Below are positions 20,652-31,378 of a stretch of DNA of 64,000 nt, in pieces (position 1 is the stretch's first letter; each line of letters begins with the position of its first letter). A model generated the notes under the pieces. It worked only from the letters and a program-made list of their open reading frames with translations, made no database searches and was not told the origin of the DNA. The stretch lies in assembly GCA_965223325.1 (NCBI GenBank), contig CBDCWI010000002.1, positions 3,392,001-3,456,000 of the forward strand. Direction: 5' to 3'. Origin of the DNA: Candidatus Multivoradales bacterium. GTDB lineage: Bacteria; Acidobacteriota; Thermoanaerobaculia; Multivoradales; Multivoraceae. The position numbers and the translations under genes are program-made.

Positions 20652-21260
20652 CTAGAGGTCGCGGACCTTCTGGTAACTGGGGATGGCCTGCAGCCGCTCC
20701 CAGTAGCGCACGGTGTTGTCTTTGAACTCGTCGATGCCCAACGACTGGGCCAGGTGGAGTCCGTACCCAACGCAGATATCGGCGATGGTAAAGCGCTCGC
20801 AGCACAGGAATTCGCGATCGGCGGTGGCATTCTCGACCGCACGCAGGCGGCCCCAGAACCACTTCTTGTAGTCCTCTGCCACTTGCGGCGAGCGCCTTTC
20901 CTCCGGCTCGAGGCGGGTGTAGCGCAGGTACAGGGTCTGAGGAAAGGTGAGGGTCGCATCGCTGTAGTACAGCCAGTTCAGATAAGCCCCATACTCGGCG
21001 TCCTCGATAGGCACCGACAACGACGTGGGGCCGTAGCGCTCGACCAGGTAGTGGCAAATCCCTGACGACTCGGTCATTCGGGTTTCGCCGTCCACCAGGT
21101 ACGGAATGGTGCCGAGAGGGTTGAGGCCCAGGAAGTCCTTCTTGAACACTCGCGGCGGAAAGGGCAGCGTTTCGAGCTGATAGTTGAGCCCCATCTCCTC
21201 GAGACACCAGACGGCGCGCAGAGAACGAGCGCCCTTGCAATGGTAGAGAGTCATCGTCAA
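20652..21260 (-). CDS. Glutathione S-transferase family protein
   Basis: RSLR..W.LEE, NPLGTIP, TESSGICHYL, FTIADI; strong AAGGAGGAG RBS. Confidence 0.9.
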   Translation of the reverse strand: MTMTLYHCKGARSLRAVWCLEEMGLNYQLETLPFPPRVFKKDFLGLNPLGTIPYLVDGETRMTESSGICHYLVERYGPTSLSVPIEDAEYGAYLNWLYYSDATLTFPQTLYLRYTRLEPEERRSPQVAEDYKKWFWGRLRAVENATADREFLCCERFTIADICVGYGLHLAQSLGIDEFKDNTVRYWERLQAIPSYQKVRDL

Positions 21261-21274
21261 CGTCGTCTCCTCCT

Positions 21275-23047
21275 TTAGCCCGGTGGACTCTCGGTGAGCA
21301 ACTCGAGGGGAACCTCGACTGTTCTTCCGCGGAGCTCTTCTCCGACCATCTTGGCCTGCGGGTCAGGGCGAAGAGAAGCCGAAACGCCTTCCCCGAGCAG
21401 CCCCTTGATGACGAAGTTGATCGACAGGATGTTGGGCAGCAGGTGACGTTCGATCTCGAGGTCCTGGGCTTCCGGGTAGAGCTCGCGCAGGCTTTCGGCG
21501 GTCAGAAGATCGGCCATCCACAAATAGGCCGCTTCGGATCGAGCGAAGAAGCCGACATTGGCATTCCCTCCCTTGTCACCGGAGCGCGCACCCAAGACAT
21601 CGCCAAGGCGGGCCGACCTGGTCGCACCCGTCGGCACCGAACCCGACGGGGGACTGGCTGGCGGGATCGACTCGAAGGAGTCTGAGGGAATGGACATCGA
21701 CGCGGTTTGCTGAACCGCAATGATCTCGTCGCCCAGGTGCACGCACTCGTTGACCTGATCGGCTGAGACCAGGCATGGCCAGTACACAGTCACAGCCAGG
21801 GGCGCACGACTCGAGTTGACGGTCTGGAAGCCGGGGTAGTTGCCCAAGGCCATCTCGATCGAAGCGTTCCAGTACTTGCGGCCGACCTTCTGTTCGTCGG
21901 GGTCGCGGGCTGCAATCGTGAAGAGAGCGAAGGCATCGTTGTCGTCATAGCTGCCGCGCCGAAGCGTCGTACGGGTTTCCTGAAACTGCTCGCGCCCGCC
22001 GACGTGTTCCCAGAACGACTCCTCGACAGCAGCGGCCTTCTCTTCGGTGTCGAGGCCTGGCAGAAGATAGGTCGTGCTGTTCTTGAACCCACCGAGATAG
22101 TTCATGCACACTTTGATGGACGTCGGTGCCGGCTCGCCCTTGACTCCATGAACCCGCACCCGGTTCTCGCCTTCCTGCTCGAGTCGGATGGTGTCGAAAC
22201 GAACCACCACGTCGGGGTTCATGTAGCGCGTTCCCTGGATCTCGTAGAGCAACTGCGCGGTGACCGATCCAATCGACACCTCACCATCGGTTCCCTCGTG
22301 TTTGGTGACGACGAAGGATCCATCTGGGTGCATTTCGGCGATCGGAAACCCGGGTCGTTTGAGCGAACCAACCTCTTTGAAGAAGGAATAGTTGCCACCA
22401 CAAGCCTGGGCGCCGCACTCGACGATGTGACCCGCAACAACGGCACCTGCCAGCTGGTCCCAGTCGTCACGCGCCCAGCCGAACTTCCATGCCGCCGGGC
22501 CGACGACAACCGAGGCATCGGTCACCCGCGGACAAACCACCAGGTCAGCACCGCGACTGAGCGCCTCGACAATTCCCCAGCCACCGAGATACGCATTGGC
22601 CGACAAAACGTCGGACTCCAGGTCGCGAAGGGGGATGCCGCGGTCGAGATGCTCGAGGGTCTCGCCCGAAGCCAGCAGGTCATCGAGCCGCGGCAGGAGA
22701 TCGTCACCGTCGATCCAGGCGACCGTCGCATCGAGACCGGCGGCTTCGTAGACGGCTCGGGACGCCTCGGCAAGACCGGACGGATTCAGGCCCCCCGCGT
22801 TGACGACGATCTTGATGTCGCGCTCAGTACAGTCACGAGCGACCTGCTGCAGTTGACGCAGGAAGGTGCGGGCATAGCCGCGCTCCTTGTCGCGCATCTT
22901 GTCCTTGAGAAGGATCAACATAGTGAGCTCAGCAAGATAGTCGCCGGTCAAACAATCGATCGGGCCACCCTCGACCATCTCGCGCGCAGCGCTCAGCCGA
23001 TCACCGTAGAAGCCACTGCAGTTGGCAATACGAAATCGCTCAGCCAT
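21275..23047 (-). CDS. atuA: Acyclic terpene utilization AtuA family protein
   Basis: RIANCSGFYGDR, GDYLAELT, NAYLGGWGI, GHIVECGAQACGGN, ARSGDKGG, DPQAK. Confidence 0.88.
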   Translation of the reverse strand: MAERFRIANCSGFYGDRLSAAREMVEGGPIDCLTGDYLAELTMLILLKDKMRDKERGYARTFLRQLQQVARDCTERDIKIVVNAGGLNPSGLAEASRAVYEAAGLDATVAWIDGDDLLPRLDDLLASGETLEHLDRGIPLRDLESDVLSANAYLGGWGIVEALSRGADLVVCPRVTDASVVVGPAAWKFGWARDDWDQLAGAVVAGHIVECGAQACGGNYSFFKEVGSLKRPGFPIAEMHPDGSFVVTKHEGTDGEVSIGSVTAQLLYEIQGTRYMNPDVVVRFDTIRLEQEGENRVRVHGVKGEPAPTSIKVCMNYLGGFKNSTTYLLPGLDTEEKAAAVEESFWEHVGGREQFQETRTTLRRGSYDDNDAFALFTIAARDPDEQKVGRKYWNASIEMALGNYPGFQTVNSSRAPLAVTVYWPCLVSADQVNECVHLGDEIIAVQQTASMSIPSDSFESIPPASPPSGSVPTGATRSARLGDVLGARSGDKGGNANVGFFARSEAAYLWMADLLTAESLRELYPEAQDLEIERHLLPNILSINFVIKGLLGEGVSASLRPDPQAKMVGEELRGRTVEVPLELLTESPPG

Positions 23048-25103
23048 CGAGAGAGCCCTCGGCAGAAGATACGTCGAGCACAACCAGCAACGCACCGTTG
23101 TCAACCTGGTCGTCTTCGGCGACACGCAGTTCGGTCACTTTGCCCGCAAATGGCGCGACGATTCGATGCTCCATTTTCATCGCCTCGAGAATGAGGAGCA
23201 GCTCTTGCGCTTCGACCGAGTCGCCCGCCTCGACATGAGTAGAGAGCACCTTGCCGGGCATGGGAGCGACCAGTCCACCCGCGGGTACCTCTGCCTCTCG
23301 CAGGGGGAATCGTGGGATTGCCACCAGCTCCACTTCGCCACGTTCACCGTGAATGAAGTAGCGAGCGGGCTGGGTTGGACTTCGATCGATCGTAAGCGTT
23401 GCAGACAAACGACGACGAAGCGATGAGCGCTCCAAAGACGACTCTGCGGTACCGAGCTCGATGCTCATGGCATCGGGAGTACCAACGCCGCGCTCGCGCA
23501 CCAGCGCGCACTGGAAAGGCCCGTCATCGACTTTCACCCGAAAACTGCCATCGCGGTTGATGCGGTAGCCAACCAGAAGCTCGCGCTCGCCGGCACGAAA
23601 CCGCTGTTCTTCGAGCGGCATGCGCGAGTTTCGCCAGCCACTCGGCACGCCGGGTGTGAGTATCCTGGCCCTTTGCCGATCCTCCTGGAGAGCAAGGGCG
23701 ACGAGAATCGCGGCCTCATCCACTGCCTCATCACCAGGAACGTGTCGTCCTGGGACCTGGACCCGATCGACGAAGTCGGTCGTCGTGTCTCCGGCGAGGA
23801 ACTCCTCACTGCGCAATGTCGCGGCGAGAAAGTCGCGATTGGTCACGATCCCTTGCACTCGCGTCGTCTCGAGCACGCGCGCCAACCGCAGGGCAGCTTC
23901 GCGCCGCGTCGGCGCGTGCACAATGACCTTGGCAAGCATCGGGTCGAACTCGATACCGACCTCGCTTCCGCTTTCGATGCCTGAGTCAAACCTGGCGCTG
24001 GCGCGGCGCGATGGTTCCCACACCAGGAGCTTGCCGGTGGCGGGAAGAAAGTCGTTGTCGGGATCTTCGGCATAGAGCCGGGCCTCGATGGCGTGACCGG
24101 TAATCGACAGGTCTTCCTGCGCGAAGGCCAGCACGGCACCTTCGGCGATACGAATCTGCTCGCGAACGAGGTCGAGGCCAGTGATCTCCTCGGTCACTGG
24201 GTGCTCGACCTGGAGGCGGGTGTTGACCTCGAGAAACCAGAAGTTGGCGTCGTCGCCCGAGCCCTCGAGAAGAAACTCAACCGTTCCGGCAGACGAGTAG
24301 CCAATCGCCCGGCCCGCGGCTACGGCGGCCTCACCCATACGCCGGCGCACCGCATCCGACACGGCAGGTGACGGTGCCTCCTCGATGACCTTCTGGTGCC
24401 GCCGTTGAATTGAGCACTCACGCTCGAAGCAATGCACGAGATTGCCGTGGAGGTCTCCGAGGAGCTGGATCTCGACGTGGCGGGCCTTCTTCAACCAGCG
24501 CTCGAGAAAGATCGTGTCGTCGCCGAATGAGGCGCCGGCTTCGCGTCGCGCTGCCTGGGCTGCTTCCTCGAGCTCGGTCTCGGAAGACACGACCCGCATG
24601 CCTTTGCCACCACCACCAGCCGAAGCTTTGACCAGGAGGGGGTAGCCGATCTCGCGAGCGGCTGCTAGAAGGTCGGTACCCTGGCCTATCTCGACCGACG
24701 GCAGGGTGGGGACATTGGCGTCTTCCATGCGCTTCTTGGCCGAGAGCTTGTCGCCCATGGTTTCGATCGCCTCCGGCCGGGGACCGATCCAGGAGAGCCC
24801 GGCGTCCTCTACCGCTCGCGCGAAGGACGCGTTTTCTGAGAGAAAGCCGTAGCCGGGATGAACTGCATCAGCTCCCGAGTAGGCGGCTGCGGCAAGGACC
24901 TTCTCTGGGTCGAGGTAGGTCTCACCCGACGTAACCCCAGAGAGCGACACTGCCTGGTCGGCCTCGCGAACGAACGGAGCATCGTGGTCGCCATCGGCGT
25001 AGACCGCCACCGTCTCGATACCCATGTCGTGCGCAGTGCGAGAAACGCGGCGCGCGATTTCGCCCCGGTTGGCCACCAGGAGTCGCTGGATCGTGCATGC
25101 CAT
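23040..25103 (-). CDS. Acyl-CoA (geranyl/methylcrotonyl-type) carboxylase alpha subunit: biotin carboxylase plus biotinyl domain
   Basis: ANRGEIA, HPGYGFLSEN, GGGGKGMR, RECSIQRRHQK, EVNTRLQVEH, EAMKM. Confidence 0.92.
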   Translation of the reverse strand: MACTIQRLLVANRGEIARRVSRTAHDMGIETVAVYADGDHDAPFVREADQAVSLSGVTSGETYLDPEKVLAAAAYSGADAVHPGYGFLSENASFARAVEDAGLSWIGPRPEAIETMGDKLSAKKRMEDANVPTLPSVEIGQGTDLLAAAREIGYPLLVKASAGGGGKGMRVVSSETELEEAAQAARREAGASFGDDTIFLERWLKKARHVEIQLLGDLHGNLVHCFERECSIQRRHQKVIEEAPSPAVSDAVRRRMGEAAVAAGRAIGYSSAGTVEFLLEGSGDDANFWFLEVNTRLQVEHPVTEEITGLDLVREQIRIAEGAVLAFAQEDLSITGHAIEARLYAEDPDNDFLPATGKLLVWEPSRRASARFDSGIESGSEVGIEFDPMLAKVIVHAPTRREAALRLARVLETTRVQGIVTNRDFLAATLRSEEFLAGDTTTDFVDRVQVPGRHVPGDEAVDEAAILVALALQEDRQRARILTPGVPSGWRNSRMPLEEQRFRAGERELLVGYRINRDGSFRVKVDDGPFQCALVRERGVGTPDAMSIELGTAESSLERSSLRRRLSATLTIDRSPTQPARYFIHGERGEVELVAIPRFPLREAEVPAGGLVAPMPGKVLSTHVEAGDSVEAQELLLILEAMKMEHRIVAPFAGKVTELRVAEDDQVDNGALLVVLDVSSAEGSLDG

Positions 25104-25122
25104 CTCGTTGGTGCGCTGGGGA

Positions 25123-26754
25123 CTACATCCGGAAAACGGCGTAGCCCTTGGCTCCTTCGATCTTGTTGCTGTGACAGGCCGAAAGCGCGATGGCCAGAGA
25201 CGTGCGCGTGTCGCGCGGATCAATCAGGCCGTCGTCGGAAACTCTTGCCGTCGCATAGAGGGCGAGGGATCTCCGGTGAGCCCAGTACTCAACCTGCTCG
25301 GCGCGCTTCTTGTCGGCTTCTTCGTCGAACTCGAGTCCGCGACGCGCCGCCGCCGCCCGCCCGACGATCGACATCACGCCCGCCATCTGTTTGCCGCCCA
25401 TCACCGCGATCTTGGCGGTTGGCCACAGGAAGGTGAAGCGCGTTCCGAAGGCGCGACCGCTCATACCGTAGTTGCCAGCGCCGTAGGAGGCTCCCACGAT
25501 GACAGTGAAATGCGGCACGGTCGAGTTCGACACCGCGTTGATCATCTTCGACCCGTTCTTGGTGATCCCTCCCTGCTCGAAGTCGGTACCGACGATGTAG
25601 CCGGTGATGTTGTGGAGGAACAAGAGCGGCACGTCGATCTGGTTGCACAACTGGATGAACTGCGTCGCCTTCTCAGCTGACTGCGACATGAGGGCGCCAT
25701 TGTTACCGAGGATGCCGATCGGAAACCCGTGAATCGACGACCAGCCACAGACCAGGGTGGTGCCATATGTCGCCTTGAACTCCTCGAACCGCGAGCCATC
25801 GACGATGCGCGCAATGACCTCGCGGATATCGAGCGGGGAGCGTAGGTCGCGCGACACGAGACCCAGAAGCTCGTCGCTGCTATAGAGGGGCTCGTCGGCT
25901 GGAAGACTAGGCCCTGGACCCAGCTTTCGCCAGTTGAGGTGGCTCATCACGTCGCGCAGAATGCGGATGCCATCGACCTCGTCTTCCGCCAGGTAGTCAC
26001 CCAGTCCCGAAGTCGCACAGTGCATCTCGGCGCCCGCGAGACTCTCTGGTTCGGCGTTCTCGCCGGTCGCCATCTTGACCAGCGGCGGGCCTCCCAGCGC
26101 GACGAGGGACTGGTTCTTGATGAAGATGTTGTAGTCGCTCATGCCGGGCTGGTAGGCACCACCCGCGGTTGAGGCACCGAAGACCACCGACACGGTTGGA
26201 ATGCGCATCTGCGAGAGCTCGGAGATCTCGTAGAACAGACGCCCCGACTCGGCGAAGTGACCAACCGTGCGACGGAGCGCCGCTTCGGGGTCCTCACCCG
26301 CGTCGCCGCGCAGATCGGCTCCAGCGGACTCCACGAACTGAACGTAGGGCAGACGGTTGATGCGAGCGATCTCGAGACCGCGCATCAACTTCTTGGCGTT
26401 GAAGTCGTTGAAGGCACCGGCGCGCACCGAGGGGTCGTGACCGAGGATCAGGCACTCGACGCCCGAAATCTGGCCGATGCCAACGATGAACCCGGAGCCG
26501 ACGGCGAAGTTCGAGCCCCAGGCCGCCAGCGGGCTGATCTCCAGGAAAGGGCTGTCGCGATCGAGTGCCAGCGATACCCGGCGACGAATCGGCATTTTCC
26601 CGCGTTTGGCGAGGCGCGCCATGGCCTCGGGCCCGCCGCCTTCCTCCACCTCTCGATGCAGGCCCTCGAGTACCTCCAGCTGCTCGAGCATGTCGCTCTT
26701 GTTCTCGAGGAATGTTTCGGACCTCACGTCGAGGTTCGAGACCAGGGGCTGCAT
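25123..26754 (-). CDS. Acyl-CoA carboxylase carboxyltransferase (beta) subunit, AtuC-like
   Basis: VESAGADL, STAGGAY.PG, LGGPPLVKMATGE, SYGAGNYGM, DDGLIDPRDTR. Confidence 0.92.
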   Translation of the reverse strand: MQPLVSNLDVRSETFLENKSDMLEQLEVLEGLHREVEEGGGPEAMARLAKRGKMPIRRRVSLALDRDSPFLEISPLAAWGSNFAVGSGFIVGIGQISGVECLILGHDPSVRAGAFNDFNAKKLMRGLEIARINRLPYVQFVESAGADLRGDAGEDPEAALRRTVGHFAESGRLFYEISELSQMRIPTVSVVFGASTAGGAYQPGMSDYNIFIKNQSLVALGGPPLVKMATGENAEPESLAGAEMHCATSGLGDYLAEDEVDGIRILRDVMSHLNWRKLGPGPSLPADEPLYSSDELLGLVSRDLRSPLDIREVIARIVDGSRFEEFKATYGTTLVCGWSSIHGFPIGILGNNGALMSQSAEKATQFIQLCNQIDVPLLFLHNITGYIVGTDFEQGGITKNGSKMINAVSNSTVPHFTVIVGASYGAGNYGMSGRAFGTRFTFLWPTAKIAVMGGKQMAGVMSIVGRAAAARRGLEFDEEADKKRAEQVEYWAHRRSLALYATARVSDDGLIDPRDTRTSLAIALSACHSNKIEGAKGYAVFRM

Positions 26755-26991
26755 GCGGTTGCCTCGCCGAGGGTCAGATCGAGCCTTGCAAGCCACGCAT
26801 GCTCGCAGGCGGGAAAGTGGGTGGTGGAGCACCGCCACTATACGCACAACCGAGCGCGGTGCAAGACCGACGGATTGTTGGGCGCCGAAGACACAACCGT
26901 TACCTTTCGTAGCGACTCGCTCGAGCCGGCCCTCCGCGGCTCCGGACAGCCGACCCAGCGAAGAGCCTCGACAACCGACAACTTTTCACCG

Positions 26992-27007
26992 TGGTATGCG
27001 AATTGCT
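26992..27007 (+). promoter_or_regulatory. Sigma54 (-24/-12) promoter upstream of the tandem PilY1-like genes
   Basis: TGGTATGCGAATTGCT with correct GG-N10-GC spacing, about 180 nt before ATG 27185. Confidence 0.6.
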
Positions 27008-27184
27008 AGATATGCAGCGACGGCGATGTATCTCTCGCAACCACCTTGCCCCTATCGACAGACCGAACTAAACTATTAAGTCGCGGGTTTATACATTTTC
27101 GCCTTAACCCGGTTTTTCTGCGCCTTCGCGGCGTGAGGGTCCGCTCTCTATCACCTCCAAGCCCTTCTTGTCGGAGTTATCGAC

Positions 27185-30100
27185 ATGTCTAGAACCTTCC
27201 ACCGAACGCCTGCTCCTCACTCTCTCCTCGCCCGAGTTGAGCTCGTCGTCCTGGCGCTCCTCGCGGCGATGGTCGCAGTTCCTGCAAGTGCAGACGATCG
27301 TGATCTTGTCCGCTCGTCTGGCGGCACGCCCTGGGTCTACCTGATCCTCGATACCTCGGGGTCGATGGATGAGGCCGTCAGCGAGTACGACTGGATCTAC
27401 TGGAAGGAAGACTCGCCGACTTCAAGGGCCTACCAGGCCAAGGCGACAATCTTCGAGATCCTCGAGGACCTGCCCGACAGCGTCAAGATCGGCTTCAACA
27501 CTTTCGGCATGAAGAACATGCGGGCGTGGGAGAAGTCCTGGGGCTACCTGCACGACATGACCGATATTGAGCTCAAGGCTTTGCCCTGGTGGGACTACAT
27601 GGAGTGGCCGACCTACTGGGTCATCAACGGCGGCGACCCACGCGTCCCGGACGATCCCGAAGACATTCACGACTCCTGCGACAACCCGTACGAAGACGGG
27701 GGCGGAAGCGGCGGCAGCGGTCCGTCACGACAGTCCGGACCGAGCGCCGTAGCCGACGGCAGCTGGGTCGAATCGATCAGCGACTATCAGAAGTGGGGCC
27801 CCGACGGCAACGTGTGGACGAAGTTCGCCATCCTCGATGACGATGCAGACGCGCCATGGGACGCGGATGGCGACGGCGAGGTCGCCTACCTGCTGACCTT
27901 CGAGCCACCGGGCCAGCATCTCGACAACGTCATGTACTGGTCCGGCAAGGTGACGGTCGAGAACTGCGAGACCGGACATATCGACGAAGCAACCGTCAAG
28001 TACAGGCCCGCCTTCGAGGAGGATCACAAGGGTAGGCCTCTCCCGAACGTCGCCTACGTCATGTCGATGAGTTCCCAGAACGACTCCGACCCCGACGAGG
28101 ACCCAAACTGCCAAAGCGGTTGGCGCGAGAACAACGAGGACCAGTCGAAGCCAGGTGCGCTCGGCTACCCGACGTTCCCCGACCCAGCCGGCCGCAGTAG
28201 CATCTTTGATCGCGGGCACAACCTGCCCTGGGACTGGAAAACCTTCCCAGACACGACACCCGGCTTCAAGTTCAGCAATCGCGAGGAAGTCATGCGCCGG
28301 TTGGCACCCAACGTATACGCCAGCGGAAGCTACGACCCGTCGACGATCCCGGATTTCCGCATTGGGCCGTATCTCGAGGACTACGTCACCGACTACTACC
28401 ACGTCGAGAAGCCCGAGGTTCTCGAGACTCCCCCCATCGGCTTCACGAGCAACACGCCTCTGGGCCGGTCGCTGTCGAAGTTCCGAACCTGGCACGCTGC
28501 GTGGAAAACCCACGCCGATCTCGCTCTGGGCGCAGGTTCCTTCGAATGTTCTCCGCGCTACGCAATCATGGTCACCGACGGCCTCGATACGTGTGAGAAC
28601 GACAACCCTGCCGACATCGCGGAGCTGCTGCTCGCCGATGGTGTGCGCACCTTCGTCATCGGCTATGGCGACATCGACGATGCGGATTCGTCGTTGCAGG
28701 CGATCGCCGACAAGGGCGGCACCGGCAAGGGCGATTCGATCGAGGACGGTGTCGAAGACTGCACCCACTTCAGCTACAGCAAGCCTGACCCCGACAACCC
28801 TGGTCAAACGATCACCGGCGACGTGTGCGACTTGATGGCGAAGGACACCGAAGCTCTCAAGAGTTCGCTCGAAGCCATCCTGGGCTCGATCTCTTCCAGT
28901 CGCTCGAGCTTCGCCGGAGCCGCGACTCCGAGCGGACAGATCGAAGCAGAAGACGTGATCTACATCCCGAGCTTCCTGCCGATCTTCGAAACCGCTGAGT
29001 GGAAGGGCTCGTTGGCGATGTTTCGACGACCGTTGCCCTTTACCGACGACGCACAGCCGGTGCCAGACTTCTCGGAGGTGTGTGTCGACGACCCGGCGGC
29101 CGATCCACCCACGGCCTGCCTGGCCTGGGATGCCGCCGAGTCGATGCTGTCCCAGGCGGCCTCAGGAATGGACATCGCCGGTGGCGACTTCCGCATCGGC
29201 TACGAAGACACCAACCGACGGGTCTTCTGGAACCGATCCCAGGCCATGATCTACCGCACGCCTCGCACGCTGGCGCTGCTCGAACCGACGCAAGACGACG
29301 ACCCGTTCCCGGCCCTGGCGCGCAACAAGCTGTGGTCAACCCTCGGGCTCAGCCACAATCCGTTCGACCCCAGCGACGACGCCGCCACAGACGCCAAGGC
29401 ACGTGAAATCCTCGGCAACGTTCTAGTCACCAAAACCGGAACCGATGCCGGTGGCGGGCAACACGAGTTCATCCTCGGCGACATCTTTCACTCGCAGCCG
29501 CTCCACGTCGGTCCGCCCACGCGCTACGACTACATGAGCGCCAACCTCTACGGTTCGGGTGACTGCTGGAACGGCACCACCTTCAACACCTCCAACAAAG
29601 GTTACCGCTGCTACTGGATGCGCAACAAGTGGCGTCGCCACGTGACCTTCGTGGGCTCGAACGACGGTCAGCTGCATGCATTCGATGCCGGTCGCGTGCG
29701 CCACAACAACGCCGATAGCGAATTCGATCCACACATGACCACGGGTACTGGCAAGGAGCTCTTTGCCTTCGTGCCCACCGAGATCATGAGGAAGTACGAG
29801 GATCGCTACGACGGCGTGCTCGAACACCAGTGGGGCGTCGACGGCAACCTGGTGCAAGACGACGTCTTCGTCGTCCCGAGCTGGAATGGCATGACGGCCA
29901 TCAACCCCAACAACCGCGAATGGCGGACTCTCGTCATCGGCAGTATGAGGCGCGGTGGCCGCGGCTACTTCGCCCTCGATGTCACAACGCCTGACCCGGT
30001 GACGCCAGATGCCACCACCGGTGAAGTGCTGCCCCCAGACGTGGCCACGCAGGGATACGTGGCCGGCTGCCTCGAGAACCAGCCTTCCGGCTGTGACTCA

Positions 30101-31276
30101 CTGCCCTATCCCGCCCTGCGCTGGGAATTCAGAGACCACGCTGCCGGCGGCGGACCCGCGGACTCCGACGGCAACGGCCACCGGGATCTCGGCTACTCCT
30201 GGTCGACTCCGGTCACCGGTCGCGTCCATCTTGGAACCGACGGGTCGGGCAACGAGATCTACCGTTTTGTCGCCATCTTCGGTGGCGGAATGGACGAGAA
30301 CAACGCCGGGGTCGGCAACTTCATCTACATGGTCGATATCGAGACCGGCAAGGTGCTCTACAAGGAGGCCGTCACTGCAGCCGTACCCAGCAAGGTCGCA
30401 GCGGTCGACGTCAATCGCGATGCGGTGCTCGACCTGGTCTACGTCGGCGACGTCGACGGACACCTCTACAAGATCGACATGACCGAAGACGCCACCCTGG
30501 ATGCCAACGGCAAGATCAACGACGTCGACTGGAAGCCGTTCGAGATCTTCGACGCTGAGGGGCGCCCCTTCTACCACCCGCCGACCTTGATCTGGTCTGC
30601 CCAGAACAATTCGCACGCCGTCGCCATCGGCAGCGGCAACCGCGAGGACCTCTGGGCGCCGGCCACGGCCACTCAAGCGTTGTTCGTCTTCATGGATCCG
30701 GGCTGGGACAACTCCCTGGCCGCGCCCTTCAAGCAGGCAGACCTCCACCTCCTCGGTACCGATCCCGAGACTGACGCCATCCTCACCGAGCCGCCAGGCC
30801 TGGCTACCCTCTCGGGCTACGCCCTCGAGTTCGCCAGCAACGAGCGCATGATCTCCCAGGTCTTCGCACTCTCGGGCTTTCTCACCTTCACAACCTACAA
30901 CCCGACGGTCGTCGCTTCGTCGATCACAGGGTGTGGCGCTTCGGGAACCAGCAACCTGTACACGATCCGCGCGACCAACGGCAATCCGCTGCTGACAGGC
31001 GGAGATCGCTTCCGCACGGTCAGCGGCTACGTTTCGAACCCGTTCTCGGCTCCGAGCCCGTCGAACGGACCAACCAACGGTACGACGCCTGACGGTACGA
31101 CCAACCCACCTGAGAACTTCGACGACGTCATCGACTATCTCAAGTCGCAGATGCCCGAGAACTGCCGATTCACCAACAAGCGGATCGATATCAAGGCAGT
31201 CCGGTCGGACACCGGCATGGAGTGGCTCGCGCCGGTACCCGTCTGCGTCCGCAGGAGCAACTGGAAACAGTTCTAG
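27185..31276 (+). CDS. PilY1/PilC-like adhesin with vWA domain (paralog 2)
   Basis: Signal peptide then ADDRDLVR; DTSGS/TPL/VTDG MIDAS; LGDIFHSQP, GSNDGQLHAFDA, G.ELFAFVP, GVDG, GGRGYFALD, LGYSWSTP. Confidence 0.85.
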   Translation: MSRTFHRTPAPHSLLARVELVVLALLAAMVAVPASADDRDLVRSSGGTPWVYLILDTSGSMDEAVSEYDWIYWKEDSPTSRAYQAKATIFEILEDLPDSVKIGFNTFGMKNMRAWEKSWGYLHDMTDIELKALPWWDYMEWPTYWVINGGDPRVPDDPEDIHDSCDNPYEDGGGSGGSGPSRQSGPSAVADGSWVESISDYQKWGPDGNVWTKFAILDDDADAPWDADGDGEVAYLLTFEPPGQHLDNVMYWSGKVTVENCETGHIDEATVKYRPAFEEDHKGRPLPNVAYVMSMSSQNDSDPDEDPNCQSGWRENNEDQSKPGALGYPTFPDPAGRSSIFDRGHNLPWDWKTFPDTTPGFKFSNREEVMRRLAPNVYASGSYDPSTIPDFRIGPYLEDYVTDYYHVEKPEVLETPPIGFTSNTPLGRSLSKFRTWHAAWKTHADLALGAGSFECSPRYAIMVTDGLDTCENDNPADIAELLLADGVRTFVIGYGDIDDADSSLQAIADKGGTGKGDSIEDGVEDCTHFSYSKPDPDNPGQTITGDVCDLMAKDTEALKSSLEAILGSISSSRSSFAGAATPSGQIEAEDVIYIPSFLPIFETAEWKGSLAMFRRPLPFTDDAQPVPDFSEVCVDDPAADPPTACLAWDAAESMLSQAASGMDIAGGDFRIGYEDTNRRVFWNRSQAMIYRTPRTLALLEPTQDDDPFPALARNKLWSTLGLSHNPFDPSDDAATDAKAREILGNVLVTKTGTDAGGGQHEFILGDIFHSQPLHVGPPTRYDYMSANLYGSGDCWNGTTFNTSNKGYRCYWMRNKWRRHVTFVGSNDGQLHAFDAGRVRHNNADSEFDPHMTTGTGKELFAFVPTEIMRKYEDRYDGVLEHQWGVDGNLVQDDVFVVPSWNGMTAINPNNREWRTLVIGSMRRGGRGYFALDVTTPDPVTPDATTGEVLPPDVATQGYVAGCLENQPSGCDSLPYPALRWEFRDHAAGGGPADSDGNGHRDLGYSWSTPVTGRVHLGTDGSGNEIYRFVAIFGGGMDENNAGVGNFIYMVDIETGKVLYKEAVTAAVPSKVAAVDVNRDAVLDLVYVGDVDGHLYKIDMTEDATLDANGKINDVDWKPFEIFDAEGRPFYHPPTLIWSAQNNSHAVAIGSGNREDLWAPATATQALFVFMDPGWDNSLAAPFKQADLHLLGTDPETDAILTEPPGLATLSGYALEFASNERMISQVFALSGFLTFTTYNPTVVASSITGCGASGTSNLYTIRATNGNPLLTGGDRFRTVSGYVSNPFSAPSPSNGPTNGTTPDGTTNPPENFDDVIDYLKSQMPENCRFTNKRIDIKAVRSDTGMEWLAPVPVCVRRSNWKQF

Positions 31277-31378
31277 CACCTCACGAACTCGATTGGCGAC
31301 CACGCCTGGAGCGATGAGGCTCCCGACCAACCTGCGGGACATCGGTCCAGCCACCACACCCATGAAGGTCACTCGTTG

